64,000 bases of DNA, taken from NCBI GenBank assembly GCA_963514005.1, contig OY740788.1, forward strand, positions 88,474,001 to 88,538,000, read 5' to 3'. Source of the DNA: Raja brachyura (Eukaryota). The stretch's first letter is position 1; each line of letters begins with the position of its first letter. The notes beneath the pieces are model-generated. The model was not told where the DNA came from. It did no database searches and saw nothing but the letters and a program-made list of their open reading frames with translations. Below are positions 12,444-23,649 of the stretch, piece after piece. The position numbers and the translations under genes are program-made.

Positions 12444-13361
12444 GTGAGTATTTAAATTGGTCCTATTTCCAATCCTAACATCACCAGGAATCATGACGTC
12501 ATGTTGTCAGTTTTACAGAGACAGACATCATTAGAAGTTCACACTGCAAAATGGAGAATGAAAATAGGCCACAATTATCTTTTAACTGAATAATGCAGAT
12601 CACTCGGCACTGCGTTCTGAGACCAGGATGGAGAATGTAATTTGACATTGCCAGAGAGGTACACATAGTGTGAACAGATGAATGTAAAGAAATTACAGTA
12701 TCGGTAGGTTAGTTTCTTCATGTAGAATCACTTTGCTTGAGTTTAGTTTATTGTCACGTCTACCGAGGTACAGTGGAAAGCTTTTGTTGCCTGCTAACCA
12801 GTCAGCGGAAAGACAACACATGATTACAATCGAGCCATCCACAGTTTATACACAGTCACTGTTAGTTGCACCATCTGCCACACTGAGATCAATTACTCGA
12901 TGGTCAGCATGGGCTCAGTGGGCTGAAGGGCCTGTTTCCATGCTGCATCTCTACACTAAAGTAAACTACACATTACCACCTCAATGATCTATCTGTACTA
13001 TTTCCATACATGCTTATTCCTCCAACATACAGAGATCTGCTTATCTCTGTGTAGAGCGCAACAAAGGGCTAAATACACGACTAAACAAAGCTAAATGAAA
13101 AATGAAATCCCCATTGTGAGGCAACACCTCCCAACACTGGGGGAGAGGGAGAGAGAGAGAGAGAGTGAAAGATAATCGTGAACAGGGAGAAAGTTGCAAT
13201 CAGTTGCAATCATGATTTTAATATCAGTTGCAAACCAAGTTAGCATCACTTTTACATCAGGTTATCTAATGACCAAGGATGAATGTATTTTAAGTTGAAA
13301 CACATACAGTATTTAGCACCCCCAACATTAGTGTTCATCTATTGATATTTTCCCTTTCAAG

Positions 13362-13706
13362 TTGCAAACCCTCCGATCCTGATCCAATTCCCGAGGCTGG
13401 AGCGTGTCACTGAGGGTCACACGGCACGGTTATGCTGCTCCATGGAGAACGCTGAAGTGGGAAACACTGACGTCCACTGGTATCGAAAACTACCCGGGCA
13501 GGACATGGAGTGGGTTTTAACACACGAGGCAGGAGGCAGTGTACGAAGGAGATCAGGCTTCACTGAGCGGTTCCAGCCGTTCAAAGACGTCTCCAACAGC
13601 AGCTTCATCCTGAATGTCACAAACGTGATGCTGAATGACTCTGCCGTCTATTACTGCACAGTGTGGGGAGATATCAGAGGGAATGGGACCAAGCTCAACG
13701 TAACCA
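13362..13706 (+). CDS. IgSF receptor exon V2: VJ-type V domain
   Basis: ttcaag| acceptor and |gtgagt donor, 345 nt. LIQFP..TARLCCS..VHWYR..DSAVYYCTVWGDIRGNGTKLNVT. Confidence 0.92.
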
Positions 13707-13746
13707 GTGAGTATAAATTATATTTGGATTTTATTTAGGGATATCA

Positions 13747-13966
13747 GAGTAAAGGGGGCTGAATACTTTTGCACGCCACACTTTTCAATTTTTTATTTGT
13801 AAAAAATTTGAAAACCATGTATCATTTTCCTTCCATTTCACAATTATGCGCCACTTTGTGTTGGTCTATCACATAAACTCCCAATAAAATACATTTACGT
13901 TTGTAGTTGTAACGTGACAAAATGTGGAAAAGTTCAAGGGGTATGAAAACTTTTGCAAGCCACTGT
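13747..13966. mobile_element. Tc1/mariner terminal inverted repeat fragment
   Basis: Ends ...ttttgcaagccactg (reverse complement CAGTGGCTTGCAAAA), with an internal direct repeat (gaatacttttgca) typical of IR/DR Tc1 ends. Absent from the paralogous intron after V4. Confidence 0.7.
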
Positions 13967-15546
13967 GTGTGTAACTATATTGGGTGTAATTCACTTCCCT
14001 TGAATTGGCACATGTACCGGAATTACTGAAAGAGTAAGGAGATCGTACTGGAGCTTTGATTCTGGAGACCAAAACATTGTGGCCCTCACTAATGGTGAGA
14101 GCACTGATATGGTAACTGATGTCAGATCTGGGTTGTGGGAAACAAACGTCAATGTGCAGTGTGTTCTTCATTTCCCTGGTTCAAGCTCACACCGGCCCTT
14201 GCTCCTTGTGTCTGACGTCTCCAGCTCTCTCCCGGTCATGCCAACAGATGAGCCTTTTGACAGGTTCCCAGTCCCGCCGACCGGCGAGCCTTCAGGCTTG
14301 TTTTCAACCACTGGAATATCAGGAATCACTGATACTTGTACCAGTCACAGAGCAGGGGCAACAACAACACTGTCACTGGAGCCAAGGCCAGGGATCTGGG
14401 ACTGGCTGAGAAGAAACAGGTTACACGTTGATCACCTGTGTTCATGCCCTCCCTCAGGCTGACAGATCATTGTTGTCTGGATCTGAGTCTTTGCTCATCT
14501 GCATTGTGTTGATGCGGGCCCCTAATCCACATTAAATAGTGAGAAGCACGGTTGAAATTGCCCCTCAATATCATTTCCATGTTCCAGTGAAGTAGATAAC
14601 TCATTGCACCATCGGCAGTAAAGGAAAGATAAGAATCCGACACAAAGGCAGAAGAATAGGGTTGGTGTAATTACAGAGTCAACGTGGATGTATGAAGTGG
14701 ACATCATGGGTGAGTAATCTTTTAAAGCTCACGTTGTTAGATGTTTGTGACGAGCAAAGTAGGGTTGTGTTTATCAATGAGCCATGCGGAGACAGTAGCT
14801 GTAGACGAGATCGACCATTATTCATCACAAGCAGACACATAGATGGGAGAATCTCCTGGAGGAACTGGAATGAACAGCAGGTATTCAAGCTGAGAGGCTG
14901 TGACTAGTGAGAGGTGGTGCAGGGTTTGGTGCTGGGACCCTCACTGTTCACAATCGAGGATGAGGAGACCAAGTATAACATATCCAAGTTAGTTGGTAGG
15001 CGATGCAACATGTGAGGAGGCTGCAGGGGGTCACAGACAAGTACAAAGAGCAGGACAAGCCAGATGGACTATATCTTGGAAAAATATAATTATTCACTTC
15101 TGCAGGAAAATGGACATGCAAAGTATTTTTGAACGTTGTAAGACTGTGATGTCAGAAGAATCTGGGTGTTCTTATGCACAAAAGAACTTAAGATCAACAT
15201 GTAGATAGAATGTACACAAAATGCTGGAGAAACTCAGCGGGTCCAGCAACATCTATGGAGCGAAGGAGATAGGCAACGTTTCGGGCCGAAACTCGATAGA
15301 ATGAGCAGTTTGGAATGCAAACAATATATTAAAAAGCAAAAGGCACAAGTTGTTGGAGTAACTTAAAAGGTCAGCCAGCAGGTCCGGAGAACATGTGTAA
15401 ATCTGACATCCTCGATAATCTTACTCTTCAATTATCCTGAGCCTCACTGGGAAGTATGTGATGGTATTCATATTTTAGAGACTGTTACACACTAAATGCT
15501 GGAGAAATATGATGCCTTCCATTGAGCTTTACGTATATTCACACAG

Positions 15547-15894
15547 ATCCCCTGGATGATCCGGTCCTTATCCAGTCTCCGTCAGTCAGCAAGGTGGCAG
15601 AGGGTGTAACTGTGCAGTTGCAATGTGCCTTGCACAATGCCAGTGTGAATGACACTGACGTCCACTGGACCCAGCAGCGACCTGGGAAAAACAGCGAGTG
15701 GGTAATGAGCCACTTTGTGGATGGCAACGTCACCAGGTCCGGCTGTATCTCTGACCGCTTTAAGTCTTTCAGGAATGCCATGAGCAACAGTTACATTCTG
15801 ACCATCGCCAATGTCTCCATCAATGATACTGCTGTCTACAACTGCAGTGTGTGGAGTTACATCTATGGAGCAGGGTCCCAGCTCAATGTAACTG
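15547..15894 (+). CDS. IgSF receptor exon V3: divergent VJ-type V domain
   Basis: cacag| acceptor and |gtaagt donor, 348 nt. LIQSP..VQLQC..VHWTQ..YILTI..DTAVYNCSVWSYIYGAGSQLNVT; many NxS/T sequons. Confidence 0.92.
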
Positions 15895-16433
15895 GTAAGT
15901 CATTGTTTGCCTACACTGACGATAACAGCAGCTCACACTTCAACCTTCACACAATGACTCACCGACACATGGGAATTCTGTACCACTCCCAGTAAAACAG
16001 AGAGTGGAGAAGTTATCCTTGGAGCGTAAAGTGCAACAGCAAGGAAATAGATAAATGTGCAAAAGGACGAGTACAAGGGAACAAAAATCAAAAGTGTGAA
16101 AAGTCTCTACAAATGGTTTGTGGATGAACAACCCTTTGGGTTTGAGTTGCCAGAGATGGAAGATATTACCAACTAACAGCATAAAGTCAAATAGTCATAA
16201 TGCGTGGGAACGTGCTCTTCTGCCCAACTTGCCCACACCGACCAACATGTCCCAGCTACACTAGTCCCATCTGCCTGCTTTTGGCCCTTATCCCTCCTGA
16301 AACAAATCAGAGTAAGGAGAGAAAGAGGATAACTTCATATGAGTTGTTAAAAGGAATAGATTAGCTCATAATGAGCTCATAAAGCTCATTAGTATACAAA
16401 CTTAAAGCACACAGTATTGGTGGTTCAATATTC

Positions 16434-17243
16434 AAGATCGGGAACAATCTTCCTGCATCTAGCCTGTGCAACCCCTTAAGAATTTTGTAAGTCTCTATAG
16501 ATCCCCCCTCAATCTTCTAAATTCCAGCGAGTACAAGCCGAGTCTATCCAGTCTTTCTTCATATGGAAGTCCTGCCATACCAGGAATCAGTCTGGTGAAC
16601 CTTCTCTGTACTCCCTCTATGGCAAGAATGTCTTTCCTCTGATTTGGAGACCCAAACTGTACGCAATACTCCAGGTGTGGTCTCACCAAAACCCTGTACA
16701 ACTGCAGTAGAACCTCCCTCCTCCGATACTCAAATCCTTTCGCTATGAATGCTACCATACCATTTGCTTTCTTCACTGCCTGCTGCACCTGCATGCCTAC
16801 TTTCAATGACTGGTGTACCATGACACCTAGGTCTCGTTGCATCTCCCCTTTTCCTAATCTGCCACCATTCAGATAATAGTCTACCCTCATGTTTTTGCCA
16901 CCAAAGTGGATAACCTCACATTTATCCACATTATACTGCATCTGCCATGCATCTGCCCATTCACTCAGCCTATCCAAATCACCCGGCAACCTCCTAGCAT
17001 CCTCCTCACACCTAACTATACCCCCCAGCTTGGTGTCATCTGCAAATTTGGAGATATTGCATTCAATTCCCTCGTCCAAATCATTAATATATATTGTAAA
17101 TAGCTGGGGTCCCAGCACTGAGCCTTGCGGCAACCCACTACTAACTGCCTGCCATTCTGAAAAGGACCCGTTTACTCCTACCCTTTGCTTCCTGTCTGCC
17201 AGCCACTTCTCTATCCACATCAATACTGAACCCCCAATACCCA
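16434..17243 (-). mobile_element. Internal CR1 RT fragment in intron
   Basis: 249-aa ORF nearly identical to part of the ORF2 at 2389-5463. Confidence 0.92.
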
Positions 17244-18960
17244 ATATAAAATCCTAAAGATGTATAAGTACATGGGAGAAGAAATATTATCAAATTCTTA
17301 GGAAGAAGCCAAGCTTGAGATTATGAGTTTGAGTTTAGTTTATTGTCACGTGTACCGAGGTGCAGTAAAAAGCTTTCGCAGGCTAACCAGTCAGTGGAAA
17401 GACAATACATACTTACAATTGAGCCATCCACAGTTTAAAAATACATGATAAAGGTAATAACGTGAATAACGTTTAGTGCTAGATAAAGCCAGTGAGTCCG
17501 ATCAAAGATAGTCCAAGGATCTCCAATGTAGATCTTAGTTCCAGAGGAACTCAGCAGGTCAGCCAACATCTGGGAAGGTAAATGGACAGACAGTGATTCG
17601 GGTCAAGACCTCTTCAGACTGATGGAGTAGGAGAGAGCTGGTGGAAAGTGGTGATGGAGGAGGGGTGGGGCAAGAGCTTGCAAGTAACAGGTGGACTCAG
17701 ATATGGGAGGGTGGATTGTCAGATGAATGAGGTGCAGGAGGGATAGGGGAAGATATTAACAAAGTCTGGAGGTGATAAGCAGAGAAGACAAAAGATTACA
17801 AATAATGAAATCTGATAAGAAAAGAAGGTGTGAAATAAAATGTAGAACCCGAGGGCGGCTGGTGAGGTAGACCGGAACCGGAAGGTGGAGGTGATGTGGC
17901 AGATATAGGAACCCAGAGGGGCTAGTGGTGGGTAATCAATAGTGAGTGGAAAGACAGGTGTGTGTGAGAGTTTATTTTTTATCTGCACCTTCTTTGTAGC
18001 TTGTTTCGTGCCTTCTGAAAGTCCAAATGCACATCAGCTAGTTTTCCCTTATCTATGTTGCCAACTACAATCTCAAAAAATTAACTGAGTTGTGGAATAT
18101 GATTTCATTTACAAAACCTTTGACTCCACCCTGTCCTGATATATTCCAAATGCCCCACTTACTTAATAATAAAATGATAGATGACAGCTCTTCCCTCATC
18201 CACGCTTCCCCTCATAATCTTGTGTGCTGATCTATACTCCCAACTCATCCCTCACTTGCTGTGCTTCTTGGTTTAAAGTAATTGCAGTTAAACCTACCGG
18301 TCCTCTCATGCTCCCCCTCCCATCTCTGTCAATGCTTTCACTGGGCTTGCCTGTTCCATTTTCTACATATGAGTCCGCTGTCATTCTGGGTCCCAACCCC
18401 ATGTCTCACTAATTTAAGAAGGAACTGCAGATGCTGGAAAATCGAAGGTAGACAAACATGCTGGAGAAACTCAGCGGGTGAGGCAGCATCTATGGAGTTT
18501 CTCCAGCATTTGTGTTTACCCTCACTAGTTTAAACTCTCTTGAGTAGCAAGAACAAACCACCACAAACCCATTCAGAACTTTGTTTGGCCCCATGCACAG
18601 GTTATATAATATTGCAGGATCACTGAACTCAGTAACATTGCTCTGGTTTTACGTATCACAAGAACCCATTCCTGTGCTGTACACATCTATGGCCCTAATC
18701 AAAAGAATTCCATTTTGCATGCTAGAGAATGATCTCTTCTTGCATACACCATGCACAGCCTAACTAAACACTACATCTATTTGTTTATGCATGTCGGGTT
18801 GATTGCATTAGTAGAAACAGGGTGGACCACGTGAAGGTTGCAATCTCCACCCTGTAGAATGACTAAAACAATTCTACAAATGTAATGCTAGATTCTGTGC
18901 ACCCTTTCAGCATGGTTGTGCTGAGGTTTTTTGTTTAAGAAGACATATTTTCCATTAAAG

Positions 18961-19305
18961 TTGCAAACCCTCCGATCCTGATCCAATTCCCGAGGCTGGA
19001 GCGTGTCACTGAGGGTCACACGGCACGGTTATGGTGCTCCATGGAGAACGCTGAAGTGGGAAACACTGACGTCCACTGGTACCGAGAACTACCCGGGCAG
19101 GACATGGAGTGGGTTTTAACACACGAGGCAGGAGGCAGCGTACGAAGGAGACCAGGCTTCACTGAGCGGTTCCAGCCGTTCAAAGACGTCTCCAACAGCA
19201 GCTTCATCCTGAATGTCACAAACGTGACGCTGAATGACTCTGCCGTCTATTACTGCACAGTGTGGGGAGATATCAGAGGGAACGGGACCCAGCTCAACGT
19301 AACCA
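18961..19305 (+). CDS. IgSF receptor exon V4: VJ-type V domain (paralog of V2/V5)
   Basis: ttaaag| acceptor and |gtgagt donor, 345 nt, open; about 8 nt differences from V2. Confidence 0.92.
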
Positions 19306-19634
19306 GTGAGTACAAATTATAGTTGGTTTTATTCACCTATGTGTAACTATATTGGGTGTAATTCACTTCCCTTGAATTGGCACATGTACCGGGAGTACTG
19401 AAAGAATAAGGAGATCGTACTGGAGCCTTGATTCTGGAGACCAATACATTGTGGCCCCTCACTAATGGTGAGAGCACTGATATGGTAACTGATGTCAGAT
19501 CTGGGTTGTGGGAAACAAACGTCAATGTGCAGTGTGTTCTTCATTGTAGAGAAACCTAGAAACATTGTTGAGTGTAATAGCAGGGCACCGCTCACAGCTG
19601 TTTGAGTTAAGGTACAGGAGAGCAGAACGACAAA

Positions 19635-19686
19635 TGTGGAATTTGGGGAACTTTATTTGGAAATGGAACCCAGCTGAATGTAACCA
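19635..19686 (+). pseudogene. Remnant 3' end of a V1-like exon (CGIWGTLFGNGTQLNVT) with intact splice donor
   Basis: Cys + FGNG J motif, followed by gtgagt and the same downstream intron as V1. The upstream frame is closed by TAA at 19608-19610. Confidence 0.8.
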
Positions 19687-20340
19687 GTGAGTATTTAAAT
19701 TGGTTCTATTTCCAATCCTAACATCACCAGGAATCATGATGTCATGTTGTCAGTTTTACAGAGACAGACATCATTAGAAGTTCACACTGCAAAATGGAGA
19801 ATGAAAATAGGCCACAATTATCTTTTAACTGAATAATGCAGATCACTCGGCACTGCGTTCTGAGACCAGGATGGAGAATGTAATTTGACATTGCCAGAGA
19901 GGTACACATAATGTGGACAGATGAATGTAAAGAAATTACAGTATCGGTAGGTTAGTTTCTTCATGTAGAGTCACTTTGCTTGAGTTTAGTTTATTGTCAC
20001 GTCTACCGAGGTACAGTGGAAAGCTTTTGTTGCCTGCTAACCAGTCAGCGGAAAGACAACACATGATTACAATCGAGCCATCCACAGTTTATACACAGTC
20101 ACTGTTAGTTGCACCATCTGCCACACTGAGATCAATTACTCGATGGTCAGCATGGGCTCAGTGGGCTGAAGGGCCTGTTTCCATGCTGCATCTCTACACT
20201 AAAGTAAACTACACATTACCACCTCAATGATCTATCTGTACTATTTCCATACATTCTCATTCCTCCAATATACAGAGATCTGCTTATCTCTGTGTAGAGC
20301 GCAACAAAGGGCTAAACACCTCCCAACACTGGGGGAGAGG

Positions 20341-20377
<37 letters not shown>

Positions 20378-20910
20378 AGATAATCGTGAACAGGGAGAAA
20401 GTTGCAATCAGCTGCAATCATGATTTTAATATCAGTTGCGAACCAAGTTAGCATCACTTTTACATGAGGTTATCTAATGACCAAGGATGAATGTATTTTA
20501 AGTTGAAACACATACAGTATTTAGCACCCCCAACATTAGTGTTCATCTATTCATATTTTCCATTAAAGTTGCAAACCCTCCGATCCTGATCCAATTCCCG
20601 AGGCTGGAGCGTGTCACTGAGGGTCACACGGCACGGTTATGGTGCTCCATGGAGAACGCTGAAGTGGGAAACACTGACGTCCACTGGTACCGAGAACTAC
20701 CCGGGCAGGACATGGAGTGGGTTTTAACACACGAGGCAGGAGGCAGCGTACGAAGGAGACCAGGCTTCACTGAGCGGTTCCAGCCGTTCAAAGACATCTC
20801 CAACAGCAGCTTCATCCTGAATGTCACAAACGTGATGCTGAATGACTCTGCCGTCTATTACTGCACAGTGTGGGGAGATATCAGGGGGAACGGAACCCAG
20901 CTCAACGTCA
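19650..20910 (+). repeat. About 1.3-kb segmental duplicate of about 12410-13705 (V1 3' end, intron, V2)
   Basis: Near-identical intron, including identical spurious ORFs 12733-12987 and 19976-20230. Confidence 0.93.
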
Positions 20911-20913
20911 CTG
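20569..20913 (+). CDS. IgSF receptor exon V5: VJ-type V domain, followed by a GC splice donor
   Basis: ttaaag| acceptor; ends ACT G|GCAAGT at the position homologous to the GT donors of V1-V4; 345 nt, open. Confidence 0.88.
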
Positions 20914-21884
20914 GCAAGTTCAGTTTACACAATACTCAATGATCTCCGTTAGTGAAAATATAGAGTATGTCAGGGGTGGGATAACGGTTTTGCGTGTTCA
21001 TTTTTATTTCAGTTTACAATATTGACAATATTAAAAACATTAAAACTATTGAATCTTTTAGTTTTCATAGTCATACAGCGTGAAAACAGGTCCTTCAGCC
21101 CAACTTGCCCACACCGATTCATTTTCCTGTATTTATTTACGCTTTCTAACAAATTAGACAGACAAATACACACCTGATGGCTATTTGTGGAGCATCACTT
21201 TTCTGCCCCGGCTCCTAACTCCAAGCTTACAGTCACACTTTACCTTATTGTGTTAGCCTGAATCTGACCCCACCATCTTGTGCTGACCGAACAGGGCCCC
21301 ATCTTTCAACATTATAACCTTCCAGGGACAACAATTAATTAAATAATTTCCTATTGGACTCGCCACTCCCCACCCTCGTTACTGTTCCACCACTACACCT
21401 TCTAGTAACTGCTAACGTTCCTTCATTGGCAGCAGCATTGAGTGTCAAAGTCAGGATGTCATGCTACATCTTTAGAAACATTGGTTTAGCTGTATTGGGA
21501 GTTCAGTGTGAGTTCTGGTTGCCCCATTGTAGGTTGGATGTGGTGGGTTTGGGGCTGCCAGGGATAATGGTGGAGGCAAATATAATAGTGGTGTTTAAGG
21601 GACTTTAGAGAGTTTTTAGTTTGCCACCCATAAAAATGCAGTATATTGAGGGATATGTTTTACATGTCGGTAGAGAAGGTTAGGTTAATTTTACAAAGGG
21701 CCGGTTCTATACTTCCTGATGATACTGTTATAGAACTAACCAAGCACTTTCTGCTCCCTTTCTCCCTTCCCCCCTCCCCGCTCCCCTCCTCTGTTCCCCA
21801 CCTGCACTCGCACATATTTCTCCCCTCCCCCTCCGCCTACATTCCTTCCTCTGGCTTCATAACTTCAATCATTTTGTCCCACAT

Positions 21885-22790
21885 GGGCATGGATATGAGT
21901 GACTGGGACGTTGTAGCCAAGACTGAAACCTGGTTAAGGGAGGGGCAGGACTGGCAGCTCAATGTTCCGGGGTACAGGAGCTTCAGGAGAGACAGGGCTG
22001 AGGGAAAAAGAGGATGGAGGCTGCATTGTTGGTTAAGGAGGATGTCACGGCTGTGGTCAGAGGTGACATTACGGACGGTCCGTCTAGTGAGGCTCTATGG
22101 GTGGAGCTGAGGAACAAGAAAGGGATGGTCACCTTGTTGGGGGTGTACTACAGACCCCAAATAGTCAATGGGAATTAGAAGAACAAATGTGCCAGGAGAT
22201 TGCAGACAGCTGCAGGTCAAATAAGGTTGTTGTAGTAGGGGATTTTAACATTCCCGATATAGACTGGGAAAATCATAGCATGAAGGGTTTAGATGGGGTG
22301 CAATTCATCAAAAGTGTTCAGCAGAGTTTTCTTAAGCAGTATGTGGAGGCCCCCAGACATGAGAGGGAAAAGCTGGGTCTAGTATTGGGAAAATGGGCAG
22401 GGCAAGTTAATGAAGTGTGTGTGGAGGAGCCTTTAGGACCAGAGTTCGATTATGTTTAAGATAGTTATGGATAGGGACAGAGAGGGTCCACGTGTTAAAA
22501 TGCTCATCTGGGGTAAGGCCAACTTTGAGGGTCTCGCTAAAGTTGACTGGAGCAGGTTATTTGAGGGGAAAGGAACATCGGCCAAGTGGAGTGAAGGGCA
22601 AAGCAGGCAAACGTAAGGAAGCTTAGCTGTCGAGGGAAGTTAAAAACAAGATTGAAGCAGGGGACAGGTTTAGGCAGCTGGGATCAAGTGCATTCCTGGC
22701 GGAGTTTCGGGAACTAAGGAGTAAACTAAAAAAGGAAATCAGAAAGGCAAAAAGAGGCCAGGAGATAGCTCTGGCGGGTAGCATTAGCAG
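21885..22790 (+). mobile_element. Degenerate CR1 endonuclease-region fragment
   Basis: ETWLREGQDWQLNVPGYRSFRRDR and VVVGDFN, broken across frames. Confidence 0.8.
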
Positions 22791-23649
22791 AGCTGCCAAG
22801 TAGTGCGGAGTTTCCGTATTTTGTATGGAAATGCGATACGAATACTGAAGTACGATTTTTGTGTTGTTAAATACGGATTTAAAATACGTTCAGTTCAGTC
22901 TGAAGAAGGGTCTCGACCAGAAATGTCACCCATTCCTTCTCTCCAGAGTCACTGCCTGTCCCGCTCCAGGTTTACACAGAGTGCTATCAGTTTAACGCGT
23001 GGGAATTTAAACAAAGAGCTGTCGGCTGCGCGCTATGGGTTCTAAATATAGTGCTACCGGCTGGAGCGCTCCAGGCTTTACACATCGCGCTATGGCCACA
23101 GCGCTATGGGTCACAGACTGTTCAGGAACATTCTCGTATCACAATGAGTCTTTGGAATTCTCTTTGAGCCTTTGATTATTTTTCAGGCAGTGGTAGAATT
23201 CTGGATAAGCCTAGTGGTGAAAGGGATACCAGTGGGATTGCACTTACATTGGGATTGGCCTTGATTTTACAGAACGGTGGGTGGGCTCAAGGGGGAGAGA
23301 AGGAGGGAGGGAGAGGGGGAGAGGGGGAGAGAGGGAGGGGGGGAGAGGGGGAGAGGGGGAGAGAGGGAGAGAGGAAGAGGGAGAGATAGGAAGAGGGAGA
23401 GATAGGAAGGAGGGAGGGAGAGGGAGACATCCAACATGGATTCTACGCCATCATCAGGTGCTCAAAGCAGGAAGCAGCCGTTCAAACAGCAGTATACAGA
23501 GAGGTGGCAATGAATGCACTGTTAAGTAAGGTGTGTAGAAGACATGTCACTTGGTAGCAAAGTTATGCATTCTTGTACTCTTACATGGGTATGGCAGCAC
23601 ATTAAAAAAAAAAAAAAAATTAACCAAATGGCACCGCATAAAAATACAG

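Noticed and set aside
12519-12660. Acceptor-like ttttacag followed by a CKMEN motif (also duplicated near 19760), a possible decayed V exon or alternative terminal exon
   Set aside because: An in-frame stop follows within about 25 codons and no other V landmarks can be aligned with confidence.
14079-14462. 127-aa Pro/Thr-rich ORF between V2 and V3 as a possible stalk exon
   Set aside because: No convincing phase-compatible splice sites were found, and it begins in intron sequence shared with the V4 intron.
19593-19634. CACAGCT heptamer-like sequence upstream of the orphan J-like remnant
   Set aside because: No nonamer at 12- or 23-nt spacing, and not adjacent to the J-like coding end.
12093-20913. 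Interpretation as a rearranging Ig/TCR locus or germline-joined Ig light chain
   Set aside because: No complete heptamer-spacer-nonamer RSS, no individual leader exons before V2-V5 and no C1 exon. The exons splice to a TM and ITIM tail.
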